Positions 8,749 through 17,936 of a stretch of 43,870 nt of DNA are shown piece after piece. The position numbers and the translations under genes were made by a program. Numbering within the stretch: position 1 is the stretch's first letter; every line of letters begins with the position of its first letter. Below the pieces are notes generated by a model, which did no database searches, had not been told where the DNA came from, and worked only from the letters and a program-made list of their open reading frames with translations. The DNA lies in assembly GCA_022703965.1 (NCBI GenBank), contig JAKJHH010000002.1, positions 1 to 43,870 on the forward strand, written 5' to 3'. The stretch comes from Verrucomicrobiota bacterium. GTDB lineage: Bacteria > Verrucomicrobiota > Lentisphaeria > Victivallales > UBA1829.

Positions 8749-11700
8749 TCAGTTTTTCCTGATTTTTTCCAGACTTATTCCGGCAATCGCGAGCGAAGCG
8801 TCGGAGATGGATTCTATTCTAATTGAAACCACAAGTTTGCGAGGCTCCGGATTCTTGAGCTTCCAACACCATATTACGGCATCCTGACGGGATGGAGTTC
8901 TGCCTGTCCATGCGCAAACTCCCTTTTCGATATCTCTGTAGTACTGATAGCCATCAAGCTCGACTCCGGCTTTTATAACTGCATTTGAACTTGTTCCGTC
9001 CGCATAAATGAATTTCACATTAGCGGCCTCGCTTCCGGCCGGAAGCATATTCGAAAGAGCTCCGAGCATCAGAAGAGACTCACAGAGGCTGTTGATCTTG
9101 AGATTTATGCTTTCAGTTTTTGCCAGCACGATGCAGGACTTGCCTGAGTTCTTAGCCGGATCTGTCATCTTGAAGTCGAATCCTGCGTAATTCACAGCTT
9201 CCTCAGGGAACTTTTCGGGAGGCTGAGGCATGTTCAGCACAGGATCATTTCCTGTCACGTTGACCGGAAAATAACGCATGTCGTCTTTTGCGTTGCCGAA
9301 CCATCCCGGACGTGATATTTCAGGCCTGTGCCAGAAGTCACGATTCGCCGCCTTGCTGATATCCACAGGCACAGTTTCAGTCTCGGGACCTGCCGTAACC
9401 CTGCATCCGCTTCCCTTGAGCAGAGCCGCGATATATCTTGTTGAACGGACAGGATCTGTCAACGCCTGATCTTCCCAGAGAACAGAGCTGATAACGAGCT
9501 TTCCCTTACCGTAAGGAATCGAGATAAGGACAGCAGGCTCAAACGGAGATTCCACAGGCTCTCCCGATACCGTCATCTTATATTCAGCCATAAGAGGAGT
9601 CTTGATTTCTTTAGGGGTCTGCCCCTTCAGTTTTTTAATGAGCATGTCATAAATATCATAACCCTTCATCCAACAGAGATCGTCATTGGAAAGTCCGTCG
9701 GAAAGAGCTGACGCTTCCTTGCGGAGCACCTGCCTTAAAACTGCTTTTTCCAGCTTAATTTCACGTCCTGTCAGCTTGGACAGCAAGCCTGCGCTTTCAG
9801 GATTAATCCCGCTTATTATGACAGTCCTGCCACTCTCCGCAGCCTTGGCTATTTCATTTGAATTCAAGGTTTCTCTTCCGCTCAAAAGCAATACGTTTCC
9901 ATTTTCTTTTGCATATGCGATTCCAAGCTTATCAAGTGCGGCACGGACGCTTCCGGAACTGCTGTAAGGCTTGAGTTCTCTGGGTTGCCATTCCGCGCTC
10001 AAAGACTGGAGCAGAAGATTCAAAAGATACGGTGCCGAGGCATCCTTATGATATTCACTGGCAAGCGGAATCTGGCAGATAAGATAATAGCCGTTTCCGC
10101 GCGGCACTCTGATAAGAGGGCTGTGCGTGAGGCCGCCTTGTGAACCGCAATCCAGCAGGATATCCATGTCGGACAAATCGGGTTTGTACGCGCTGGAGAC
10201 TGAAACAAGCTTTTTCGAGCCCCATTCCTTCAACCAATCCTCATCAATCGAACTCAGAACTTTGTCGGTAAAATTTCTTTTGAAGGCAAAAGCCGCCTTG
10301 TGAGCCGCATCGAGTTTGAGCGGCATATTGCCCGATGCCTCCGCCTCCAGCCAAAGGACTTTCAGTCCGTTTCTGACTGCGGAATCTAAGAGAGCGGAAT
10401 CCTCTTTTGCAGGCTTCCAATTATATATCAGCAGCAATGACGGCTTGCTTTTCAATGCGTCTTTCAAACTGCTGTATTGTCCTGAGGTAAAATTCAGGCT
10501 GCCTGGGAAAGTTCCGTCTCCGCTCAAAAGAGCTGAATTAGCAGGAACTTTTACGTCCGTTTCGGGAAATATCCAAAAGTTTTTGACTGTTCTGCAAAGT
10601 TCTTCGCCACTGCTTTTTCTTTTAAGGATATGCACCTCAGTCCGCTTTTTAGGCTTATCTGTTGCCTTGTCTGAAAAGACAAGGATCATTTCCTTGAAGT
10701 CGCCCCCTTTAAGACGGAACTCCGCAGTTTTTCCTTTGTTTTCCAAACTGTCTTCACCAGTAGCCGAGCAAAGAACTAAATCCTCATCGGTAAAAGTCTG
10801 ATTGTAAATCTTCAAACGTTTTTCGATCAGCTGACCTGAATAGAAATTCGAGCCGTCCGGCACGCTGATATGAAACGACGGCATCAGCACACGATTTTTG
10901 AAAAGAGGATTTTCCTTTATTGTCTCTCCGCTTCCCCAGGGATTCCAAACTGAAACTCCGGCGTAATAATAGCCGTCGCAAAGCATTCTATAGGCATCAG
11001 CCCAGGCATCGTAAAAGCCCTTGTCAAGATCAAACGCCCTGTCGCCTGCCCATGAAGCCATTCCGTATGGAGGATTCAGCGAGTATGGCGGATAGAGATC
11101 TTCAGAAAGCATTATCGGCTTTTTCTGATCCCACGCGACTCCCTGCCATGGCTTCAAACCATCCGTCAGCCAGTAAGCAGTATTTGGCAGCATATTATGG
11201 ATCTTTGCAGGTTGCCATGCGTAGTGGAAGCTCAAAGCAGGCGCAGGCCCGTGCTCTCTGACGGCTCCTGATTCGACATCGCCCGAACATGTCCATATTC
11301 TTGTCGGATCGGCGGTTTCGACTTTTTTGCCGAGCTCACACATTTTCATATTGGCCTTGAACTTTTCCTCATCTGTTCCCTTCATGTATGTACCGGCAAA
11401 CTCATTGGAAAGCGCCCAGTAAATCACAGAGGGATTATTTTTGAAAGTCCCGACCATGCTGAGAAGATGCTTTTCAGCAGCAGTCCAGAATTCAGGCTCG
11501 ACTTCATTCGCTTTTGGAGAACAGAGGCCGCTTTCCGGACAAACGAGCCAACCTGCCTCGTCAGACTTGCGGATTATGCGGTATGAAGAGCCCAGATGCA
11601 GTCTGTAGCCGTTAAAGCCTCTTTCGCGAAGGAGCTTTATAGTTTCATCCATTGTCTCTTCTTTGTTCTGGTCGATATAGGCGAGCAAAGAACAACGGCG

Positions 11701-12609
11701 ATGCAGAAGCTTCATTCCATTCAAAAAGATGTCCGCCAATTGAACTTTGATTTCTCTGAAGCCGAAACGTTGACGGTAAAAATCAATAAGTTTTCCGCCC
11801 GAGCTGATCTTTATATCCATATAATATAGATTCGGAGAATCGGGTGTCCAAAGCTTAGGATTCGCCCACAAATCGTTCATCGCTATTTTACGGGACTCTC
11901 CTGACTTCAACTTGAGCTTCACAGGCTGATGCGAGAACTCTTTTCCGCATGAGGCTATGACTTCTATATCCTTTTCAGATGAACTGCCGTTCCTGACTGT
12001 GATCTCAGTTTTCAGTGCTTTGACGTCCCCGGCGGAGGGCTGAATGAAAACATCTTCAGTGTAAACTTCGCCCCTCGTTTCGACGTGAACCGGAAACGGA
12101 ATTCCGACAAACTGAGCGTAAAGCCAATTCATTCCTTCAGGGCGCTTCCCGCTTACATTGCGGGTTCCGTAAACCTTGACGACAAGACTGTTCGAGCCTT
12201 CCTTAACCCAGGCGCTTATATCAATCTTGAAGGGAAAATATCCGTCCTCCGATTCCCCCGCTCTCTGCCCGTTGACAAAGACTTCAGCTCTGTCTGTGAC
12301 TCTTTCAAAGGCGGCAAAAACTTTCTGCCCGCGGCTCTCCGTGAGATTGAAATCTTTGCGGAAATAAACACAATCCTTCTCCTTCGTAAAAAGAGAGGAA
12401 TGCTTGCCTGGAACTGGAGCCGGACGCCAGGAATCCTGCGGAATTTCCAGAGAGGACGGATGAGCCGGAGAAGCCTGCCATTCCCCCGAAAGATCAAGAG
12501 CTTTGCACGGCGCACTTATATGATCCGTAATAGCCTTGAAATCCTGAGCATGATTCATAATTGCAGACAAAACTAAAAAGCAGGATAATAATCCCTTTGC
12601 TGAAAGCAT
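8749..12609 (-). CDS. Secreted GH2-family glycoside hydrolase (beta-galactosidase/mannosidase/glucuronidase-like) with a long C-terminal extension
   Basis: Signal peptide MLSAKGLLSCFLVLSAIMNHAQ. GH2 sugar-binding domain VFAAFERVTDRAEVFVNGQRAGESEDGYFPFKIDIS. The TIM barrel starts FGFREIKV and carries WALSNEF (NE acid/base). About 650 aa follow, including GATase/GH42-domain-B-like stretches. A GGAGA RBS is present. Confidence 0.75.
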   Translation of the reverse strand: MLSAKGLLSCFLVLSAIMNHAQDFKAITDHISAPCKALDLSGEWQASPAHPSSLEIPQDSWRPAPVPGKHSSLFTKEKDCVYFRKDFNLTESRGQKVFAAFERVTDRAEVFVNGQRAGESEDGYFPFKIDISAWVKEGSNSLVVKVYGTRNVSGKRPEGMNWLYAQFVGIPFPVHVETRGEVYTEDVFIQPSAGDVKALKTEITVRNGSSSEKDIEVIASCGKEFSHQPVKLKLKSGESRKIAMNDLWANPKLWTPDSPNLYYMDIKISSGGKLIDFYRQRFGFREIKVQLADIFLNGMKLLHRRCSLLAYIDQNKEETMDETIKLLRERGFNGYRLHLGSSYRIIRKSDEAGWLVCPESGLCSPKANEVEPEFWTAAEKHLLSMVGTFKNNPSVIYWALSNEFAGTYMKGTDEEKFKANMKMCELGKKVETADPTRIWTCSGDVESGAVREHGPAPALSFHYAWQPAKIHNMLPNTAYWLTDGLKPWQGVAWDQKKPIMLSEDLYPPYSLNPPYGMASWAGDRAFDLDKGFYDAWADAYRMLCDGYYYAGVSVWNPWGSGETIKENPLFKNRVLMPSFHISVPDGSNFYSGQLIEKRLKIYNQTFTDEDLVLCSATGEDSLENKGKTAEFRLKGGDFKEMILVFSDKATDKPKKRTEVHILKRKSSGEELCRTVKNFWIFPETDVKVPANSALLSGDGTFPGSLNFTSGQYSSLKDALKSKPSLLLIYNWKPAKEDSALLDSAVRNGLKVLWLEAEASGNMPLKLDAAHKAAFAFKRNFTDKVLSSIDEDWLKEWGSKKLVSVSSAYKPDLSDMDILLDCGSQGGLTHSPLIRVPRGNGYYLICQIPLASEYHKDASAPYLLNLLLQSLSAEWQPRELKPYSSSGSVRAALDKLGIAYAKENGNVLLLSGRETLNSNEIAKAAESGRTVIISGINPESAGLLSKLTGREIKLEKAVLRQVLRKEASALSDGLSNDDLCWMKGYDIYDMLIKKLKGQTPKEIKTPLMAEYKMTVSGEPVESPFEPAVLISIPYGKGKLVISSVLWEDQALTDPVRSTRYIAALLKGSGCRVTAGPETETVPVDISKAANRDFWHRPEISRPGWFGNAKDDMRYFPVNVTGNDPVLNMPQPPEKFPEEAVNYAGFDFKMTDPAKNSGKSCIVLAKTESINLKINSLCESLLMLGALSNMLPAGSEAANVKFIYADGTSSNAVIKAGVELDGYQYYRDIEKGVCAWTGRTPSRQDAVIWCWKLKNPEPRKLVVSIRIESISDASLAIAGISLEKIRKN

Positions 12610-12622
12610 TGTGCGTCTCCGT

Positions 12623-13405
12623 TCAGGGTTTTATGTCTCTGAAGAGATAATTGTTGTTTGCCGAAAGTTCTTTGAAGCCCAGCGGCTTGACTCCGCCGTC
12701 CACCATCAGCGTATTTGCCTTGCCACCGTTTGTCGCAATATAGCTGTTTATAGTAGCCGCCTCGCTTTCAGTAAAAGAACCGCGATGTCTGAGAAAGGGA
12801 TAAAAGGCGCTTCCAAAACCGCCTCCGGCTATGATGATTGATTGTGTTCCGCTTGGAGTAGGAGTCGAATCCGTGGCAAAAATTGTGGAGGACGGAACTC
12901 TTATCTGACTGAGTTTTCTGAGTTTTGCCGCGCTGGATGATGTATCATAAGATAGATACACAAAGTTCATCCCATACGAGACTTCTTCCTGAATCGCTAC
13001 TGTTGTATCGCCCAGTTTCTGCGGGCTTGTCGCAGGACAGCAGAATATGCTTGAATGGAAACCGCCTGGCATATTCCACCACCTTTCATCCCATCCTGCC
13101 GGAGGATTCGGCTGAGTTTTGCCTACCGCATATTCATAAATCAGGCTTGGCCACCAGCTTTTTCTTGTCGCACCTGTCCCACCATTAAAGTTTTTGACAC
13201 CGTCCGGAGGGATGTAGTCATTGTAGTCTCCGCAATACATCAGCATCCCGCAACCGATCTGCTTCATTCTGGATGCGCAGGAAGTCTGTTTTGCCATATC
13301 CCTTGCCTTGCCAAGAGAAGGCAGCAACATACTGGCAAGAATTGCTATGATGGCAATGACTACAAGAAGTTCTATTAAGGTAAAAGCTTTCCGAAAATGT
13401 CCCAT
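12623..13405 (-). CDS. Prepilin-type N-terminal motif protein, H-X9-DG family with a degenerate C-terminal motif
   Basis: The N-terminus is [33 protein letters not shown]. At the C-terminus [14 protein letters not shown] replaces H-X9-DGH. A GGAG RBS lies 6 nt upstream, and the stop is 13 nt before the GH2 start. Confidence 0.8.
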   Translation of the reverse strand: MGHFRKAFTLIELLVVIAIIAILASMLLPSLGKARDMAKQTSCASRMKQIGCGMLMYCGDYNDYIPPDGVKNFNGGTGATRKSWWPSLIYEYAVGKTQPNPPAGWDERWWNMPGGFHSSIFCCPATSPQKLGDTTVAIQEEVSYGMNFVYLSYDTSSSAAKLRKLSQIRVPSSTIFATDSTPTPSGTQSIIIAGGGFGSAFYPFLRHRGSFTESEAATINSYIATNGGKANTLMVDGGVKPLGFKELSANNNYLFRDIKP

Positions 13406-13435
13406 AAAACACTCCGCTATATCGTTATAGCAACT

Positions 13436-13464
13436 ATTATATACGTATCAACAATGAAAGTCAA
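13436..13464 (-). promoter_or_regulatory. Sigma70-type promoter for the 12623-13405 / GH2 / LacI operon
   Basis: On the minus strand the sequence reads TTGACT - 17 nt - TATAAT (-35 at 13464-13459, -10 at 13441-13436), about 30 nt upstream of the ATG at 13405. Confidence 0.45.
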
Positions 13465-13649
13465 TAGCTTATGGAAGGAAAAATCCGATACAACAGATTT
13501 AAGCAGGCAGAGAGTTTTTCCGTAAAAACTGCTTAGATTTTTCATATTCTCTGCTTCCGTCTTTTTTATCTTCAACAATTCAGCTTGACTAGAAATATAT
13601 TTCACATGGACAATGTCCTTAAAATCCTATCAATGTCCTTTTTTTTATA

Positions 13650-13677
13650 TTGTCATATGCTTTGAAATGCATATAAT
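13650..13677 (+). promoter_or_regulatory. Sigma70-type promoter for the 13715-14407 / 14430-17924 operon
   Basis: TTGTCA (13650-13655) - 16 nt - TATAAT (13672-13677), about 38 nt upstream of the ATG at 13715. Two CAATGTCCTT direct repeats lie just upstream. Confidence 0.4.
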
Positions 13678-13714
13678 TGCTTTATGGAATATATTGCATA
13701 TGAGAGGAGATCAG

Positions 13715-14407
13715 ATGAGCGAATGTAAAAGGATACCATTCACCTTGATAGAATTGCTGGTGGTAATCGCCATTATAGCGATTCTGGCATCAATGCTTCT
13801 TCCGGCTCTTGGAAGCGCAAGGGACAAAGCCAGAAGCATGGCTTGCATTTCCAATCTCAAGCAACTCAGTCTGGCGGAAATGCAATACACCAACGATAAC
13901 AATGACTTCATGGCTCCGACTATCTTTGCAATAACATCCAGCATACGCCTCTGCTGGTGCTGGGACGAGACCTCTACTCTCAACAGCTTTCCCCTGCTTC
14001 CTTACTTCGCAAACCGGGAGCAGTTCATGAGAACAGCAAGATGTCCGGGTGACATCGAAATTCAGAAATATCCTGTCGGCACCGCCGGAAAAATTTCATA
14101 CACAAGAAATACAAACCTCGGACAGACGCATGTTCCCGCGCTGCCTGAAGACGGAATCCTGCGTTTTTCTCAGATAAAGCCGACAGCGCCGTCACAAGTG
14201 ATAATGACAGCGGATCTGAATCCGGACAACCCGCTTGGACGCGTGATAAACTTCATCACCGCCGATAACAATAGAATCGCCTATCGCCACAATAAGTTCA
14301 CGAATTCACTTTTCACGGACGGACATGTCGCACCTGTACGCTATGGTTCCATCGTCAGGAATAATGTCGAATTCAGAAACAATCTCACAAACCCAATCTT
14401 TCCTTAA
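13715..14407 (+). CDS. Prepilin-type N-terminal motif protein with C-terminal H-X9-DG motif
   Basis: I chose the ATG at 13715 because an AGGAGA RBS (13704-13709) precedes it. The longer ORF from 13613 adds a non-protein-like leader that overlaps the predicted promoter. The N-terminus is [33 protein letters not shown] and the C-terminus carries [14 protein letters not shown]. Confidence 0.8.
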   Translation: MSECKRIPFTLIELLVVIAIIAILASMLLPALGSARDKARSMACISNLKQLSLAEMQYTNDNNDFMAPTIFAITSSIRLCWCWDETSTLNSFPLLPYFANREQFMRTARCPGDIEIQKYPVGTAGKISYTRNTNLGQTHVPALPEDGILRFSQIKPTAPSQVIMTADLNPDNPLGRVINFITADNNRIAYRHNKFTNSLFTDGHVAPVRYGSIVRNNVEFRNNLTNPIFP

Positions 14408-14429
14408 AATTCAAATAAAATGGTGATCA

Positions 14430-17400
14430 ATGAAAATACTGACAACGCTCCTCCTGTTTCTACCTTTACTTTTCTGTTCCGCCGCCGATCCGACTCCTTT
14501 TGCTGCATGGTCAATGGATGAGCTTTCGGGAGCAGTCGCTAAAGACAAATACGGCTCATATGACGGTATCATCACCGAAAAATGCATGCGCGTAGCGGGC
14601 AAATCGGGACAGGCCTTGCGCTTCGGTGACGAGCGTTCCTTTGTCTATGCTAAACTGCCGTGGAAAAACTCTTCATTCTCCTTCAGCGCATGGACAAAAG
14701 TGATTGCTTTCCCGGATAAGACGCAAGCCTCAATTTGCGGGTTCCCCGGCTGGAGTACCGACATCGGCGTAACAGCGTCCGGGAATTTTTATTTCGAGCT
14801 TTTTAACAAAGACAAACAGCAGTTTATGGCAGTCTCACCTGATTCTTATCCCCTGGGACAATGGCACTATGTCAGCGGTGTCTTTGATCTCGAAAACTCA
14901 AAACTCATGCTTTATATCGATGGAGAAAAACTCGCGGAAAAAGCATTCGCGGGAAGCCTTTTTCCATATCCTGACGATTTTTATATCGGATGCTCCAAGC
15001 CCACAAGTTTTGTAGTTCCTTACTGGTACAAGGGCGACATCGATGAAGTGGAAGTCTACAGAACAAAAATCTCAGGAGACTTCATAAAAAAGCGTTACCT
15101 TGAATTGAAGAACAAGGAAGTTCCAGCCGACAAAACAGTTTCTCACGTGGGAAAACATGGACAACCCCTATGGCTGACACCTCCATCTGAAACAGTTCAA
15201 GCGCTGACTGATGAGTTCAAAAAAATACTGAGTAAACAGTCTAAAAGCAACGCTGAACGCGAGCAGGATTCACGTGGAGTCCCTGTTCTGGAAATCAACG
15301 GCAAAATAACACCCTTTCTTGGAGTCGATCTCTTTGAGCGCAGACTTGAAGCAATCTATCTCCAGCCGTTCACGACAGCCGGAATGAAAATCGTCAATGT
15401 TTCCGTCAACATCGGAAGACCCTATGAATTTTCAGGCATGAAGCCCTACTGGAACGGGCCGGACTCGTATGATTTTTCCGATATCGAAAAACATATTCTG
15501 CGCCCTCTCCAAACTGATCCGTCTTGCAAGATTATCTTATGGGTTCAGATAGACCCGTACTGGAGCTGGCACGAAACACATCCTGACGATCTGATGAGAA
15601 ATGAACGCGGCGATGGCATGGTCGCGGAACAGCATTTTCAACGCTATGGGATTCCGGCAAATAAACGGGAAAGGCTGGTCTGGTCATTCTTCTCGGACAA
15701 ATTTCGTGATGAAATGTCCGAGACCCTCAAACGGCTAATAGCGGACATCGAAAAGAGTCCTGCGGGCAATTCAGTTGTCGGCTACCTGATAGGCGGTGGA
15801 ACAGATGCCCAGCTTTATCACTGGCAACCGCCGAATCATATCCTTTCAAAGCCGGAAAACTGGGGCGACTACAGCAAACCTGCACTGAAAGCATGGCGAG
15901 TCTGGCTCAAAGACAAATACGAATATACCAGCGAAATATCCAAAGCTTGGAACATGTCCGTCACAGACTTCGACAAGCTAAGTGCGCCATCGGCTTCAGC
16001 GCTTTGCGGCGGCTCATTTTTCCACGATCCCGCCAAAGAACGTCAGGCAATGGACTGGAAGCGTTTCATCACAGATGGACGCAGAAAACTCATATCGCAT
16101 TTTGCCGGACTTATCAAGAATAATGTTTCCGGTGATAAAATTGTCGGAATATGCTCAGGGGACAGCGGTTCACGTCGCGACCTGACAAGCATGGAGGAAT
16201 TCCTGCGTGACGACAATATTGATTTCTTCCTGCATCAGGCCACATACGGTCAGCGGCTGCCTCCGAATATCGGCGGAATCAATGCAAATCTGGCTTCGAT
16301 TGCAGTCAATGAAAAACTTTTCGTTGCTGACAGTGACCAGCCTACATGGTGCTCAAAACCGCACGGAAACATCAACGCAGGCGCAGGCATACATCATGAC
16401 GCGTCTTTCCACGGATGGGCAAAGGATATCGAAAGCTTACGCTCGATGTGGAGGCGTGACTTCGGCATGCTCTGGACTACAGGAGCCGGAGCACTCTGGA
16501 ATCCCGTTTTCGGCGATCTCTGGGCCTACTCCGACCAATCTATAATAGACGAATTGAAGTTCATTGTGGAAACATCCGCAAAAGTTAAAGCGCAGTCTCC
16601 TGAAAAACCACTTGCCGAACTGGCAGTAATCTATGACGAAAAAGCAGTGGATTACCTGAAAGGCGGACTCTCGCAAGCTCATTCACAATGGATTCGCATG
16701 CAGCAGAATGAACTTTATGCCTCAGGAGTGCCCTTCGGCGTATATTATCTTGCCGACCTGAAAGAAGGACTTGTGCCGCCCTCAAAACTCTACATCCTGC
16801 AAAACCTTATGAATCTGGATCGAGCCACCTGCAAAGCCCTTGAACGACTCAAGAAAAACGGTGCCACTCTTCTTTTCATGAACGATACCGGATACGAACA
16901 GTCTTTTACTGACATCAATACCGTTTTCAAGGCTACAGGAATTCACCTTGAGCGGGCAGACAGAGCAGATAATGTAAATCTGCCGCTGAATATGAAATCA
17001 TCCCTCACAAACTGGAACACTGACGTAAAAACAGCAAAATCTGGCATCAAATGGCCGACTGAAGCCACAATATACGGACCTTTCCCGAAAAATGCGCCCG
17101 AGCCGGATTATCTGTCCATGGCGACGGCTCCTTCGCTGCTCAAATGCGGAAATTTTCAGGCGGCATCACGCAAAATAGCCATTAATCCATCAGGAACAGA
17201 TATCGCCGCCGCCCTTTCAATACGTCCGGAAGAAGGATTGACCGCATATATCCTCATCAATTTTGAAAGCTCAAAAGCCGGAGAATTCCCCTTCGGTGCA
17301 TCGGCTGACTGGTGGATGAAATGGTGCTTGAACGGCAAAACCGTATATGATACCTACAGCTCAGGAAACGGCAAAGCGGGCTTTAATCTCGATACTCACA

Positions 17401-17924
17401 GGTTCACGGCATCCGTCAATGAAGGCAGAAATACTGTGATAATAAAAGTCAGCAGCGGAACTAACGGTTTTGCGCTCGCTGCCGGCGGGCCCGATGAAAT
17501 TGCTGCTCCACCGTCCTTCAACTGCAAATCCGAAAAAATAGAGCTTTCGGAATACAGCCTTTGCTCCGTCGATCCTGAAGCAGAAGCTCTTGCCTATTAT
17601 CCCGGAACTTCAAAAACAGCCTTTGCCTTCAAGAATTGCGGTTCATGGAAGTCTGTCTTCATCGGCAGCAGAGTTATCTCAAGAGACATGATCTCAAAAC
17701 TTGCCGAAGAAAGCGGAGCATGGCGTCTCAGTGAGCCGAATATCGTTTCCGGCGCGGCGGAAAACATCATCATGCTCCACCCTCTCAAGGACGGAATATA
17801 CAAAGTCAGACTCAAGAAGGAGGCAGCACTTGAGTCACTGCCACCCGATGACATCAAGACTTCATCTAAGCTCGAACATGAACTTAACCTGAAAGCCGGA
17901 CATACATATCTCTTTAAATACTGA
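14430..17924 (+). CDS. Secreted LamG (Laminin_G_3) domain protein fused to a GH42-like putative glycoside hydrolase
   Basis: Signal peptide MKILTTLLLFLPLLFCSAA. LamG signature GQWHYVSGVFDLENSKLMLYIDGEKL...GDIDEVEVYRTKIS. The central region has a GH42-like segment (ALKAWRVWLKDKYEYTSEISKAWNMSVTDFDKLSAP) followed by a domain-B-like stretch. I did not identify a clear catalytic NE motif. Confidence 0.55.
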   Translation: MKILTTLLLFLPLLFCSAADPTPFAAWSMDELSGAVAKDKYGSYDGIITEKCMRVAGKSGQALRFGDERSFVYAKLPWKNSSFSFSAWTKVIAFPDKTQASICGFPGWSTDIGVTASGNFYFELFNKDKQQFMAVSPDSYPLGQWHYVSGVFDLENSKLMLYIDGEKLAEKAFAGSLFPYPDDFYIGCSKPTSFVVPYWYKGDIDEVEVYRTKISGDFIKKRYLELKNKEVPADKTVSHVGKHGQPLWLTPPSETVQALTDEFKKILSKQSKSNAEREQDSRGVPVLEINGKITPFLGVDLFERRLEAIYLQPFTTAGMKIVNVSVNIGRPYEFSGMKPYWNGPDSYDFSDIEKHILRPLQTDPSCKIILWVQIDPYWSWHETHPDDLMRNERGDGMVAEQHFQRYGIPANKRERLVWSFFSDKFRDEMSETLKRLIADIEKSPAGNSVVGYLIGGGTDAQLYHWQPPNHILSKPENWGDYSKPALKAWRVWLKDKYEYTSEISKAWNMSVTDFDKLSAPSASALCGGSFFHDPAKERQAMDWKRFITDGRRKLISHFAGLIKNNVSGDKIVGICSGDSGSRRDLTSMEEFLRDDNIDFFLHQATYGQRLPPNIGGINANLASIAVNEKLFVADSDQPTWCSKPHGNINAGAGIHHDASFHGWAKDIESLRSMWRRDFGMLWTTGAGALWNPVFGDLWAYSDQSIIDELKFIVETSAKVKAQSPEKPLAELAVIYDEKAVDYLKGGLSQAHSQWIRMQQNELYASGVPFGVYYLADLKEGLVPPSKLYILQNLMNLDRATCKALERLKKNGATLLFMNDTGYEQSFTDINTVFKATGIHLERADRADNVNLPLNMKSSLTNWNTDVKTAKSGIKWPTEATIYGPFPKNAPEPDYLSMATAPSLLKCGNFQAASRKIAINPSGTDIAAALSIRPEEGLTAYILINFESSKAGEFPFGASADWWMKWCLNGKTVYDTYSSGNGKAGFNLDTHRFTASVNEGRNTVIIKVSSGTNGFALAAGGPDEIAAPPSFNCKSEKIELSEYSLCSVDPEAEALAYYPGTSKTAFAFKNCGSWKSVFIGSRVISRDMISKLAEESGAWRLSEPNIVSGAAENIIMLHPLKDGIYKVRLKKEAALESLPPDDIKTSSKLEHELNLKAGHTYLFKY

Positions 17925-17936
17925 AGAAGCCGGAGC

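Noticed and set aside
13417-13605. A 62-aa GTG-initiated ORF in the AT-rich divergent intergenic region.
   Set aside because: It has no RBS and a non-protein-like composition. It also spans the near-consensus TTGACT-17-TATAAT promoter predicted for the downstream gene, so it is more likely non-coding control DNA.
13613-13714. A longer version of the pseudopilin-like ORF starting at 13613.
   Set aside because: The added 34 residues ([34 protein letters not shown]) precede the short basic leader expected before FTLIE. They also overlap the predicted promoter, whereas an AGGAGA RBS serves the ATG at 13715.
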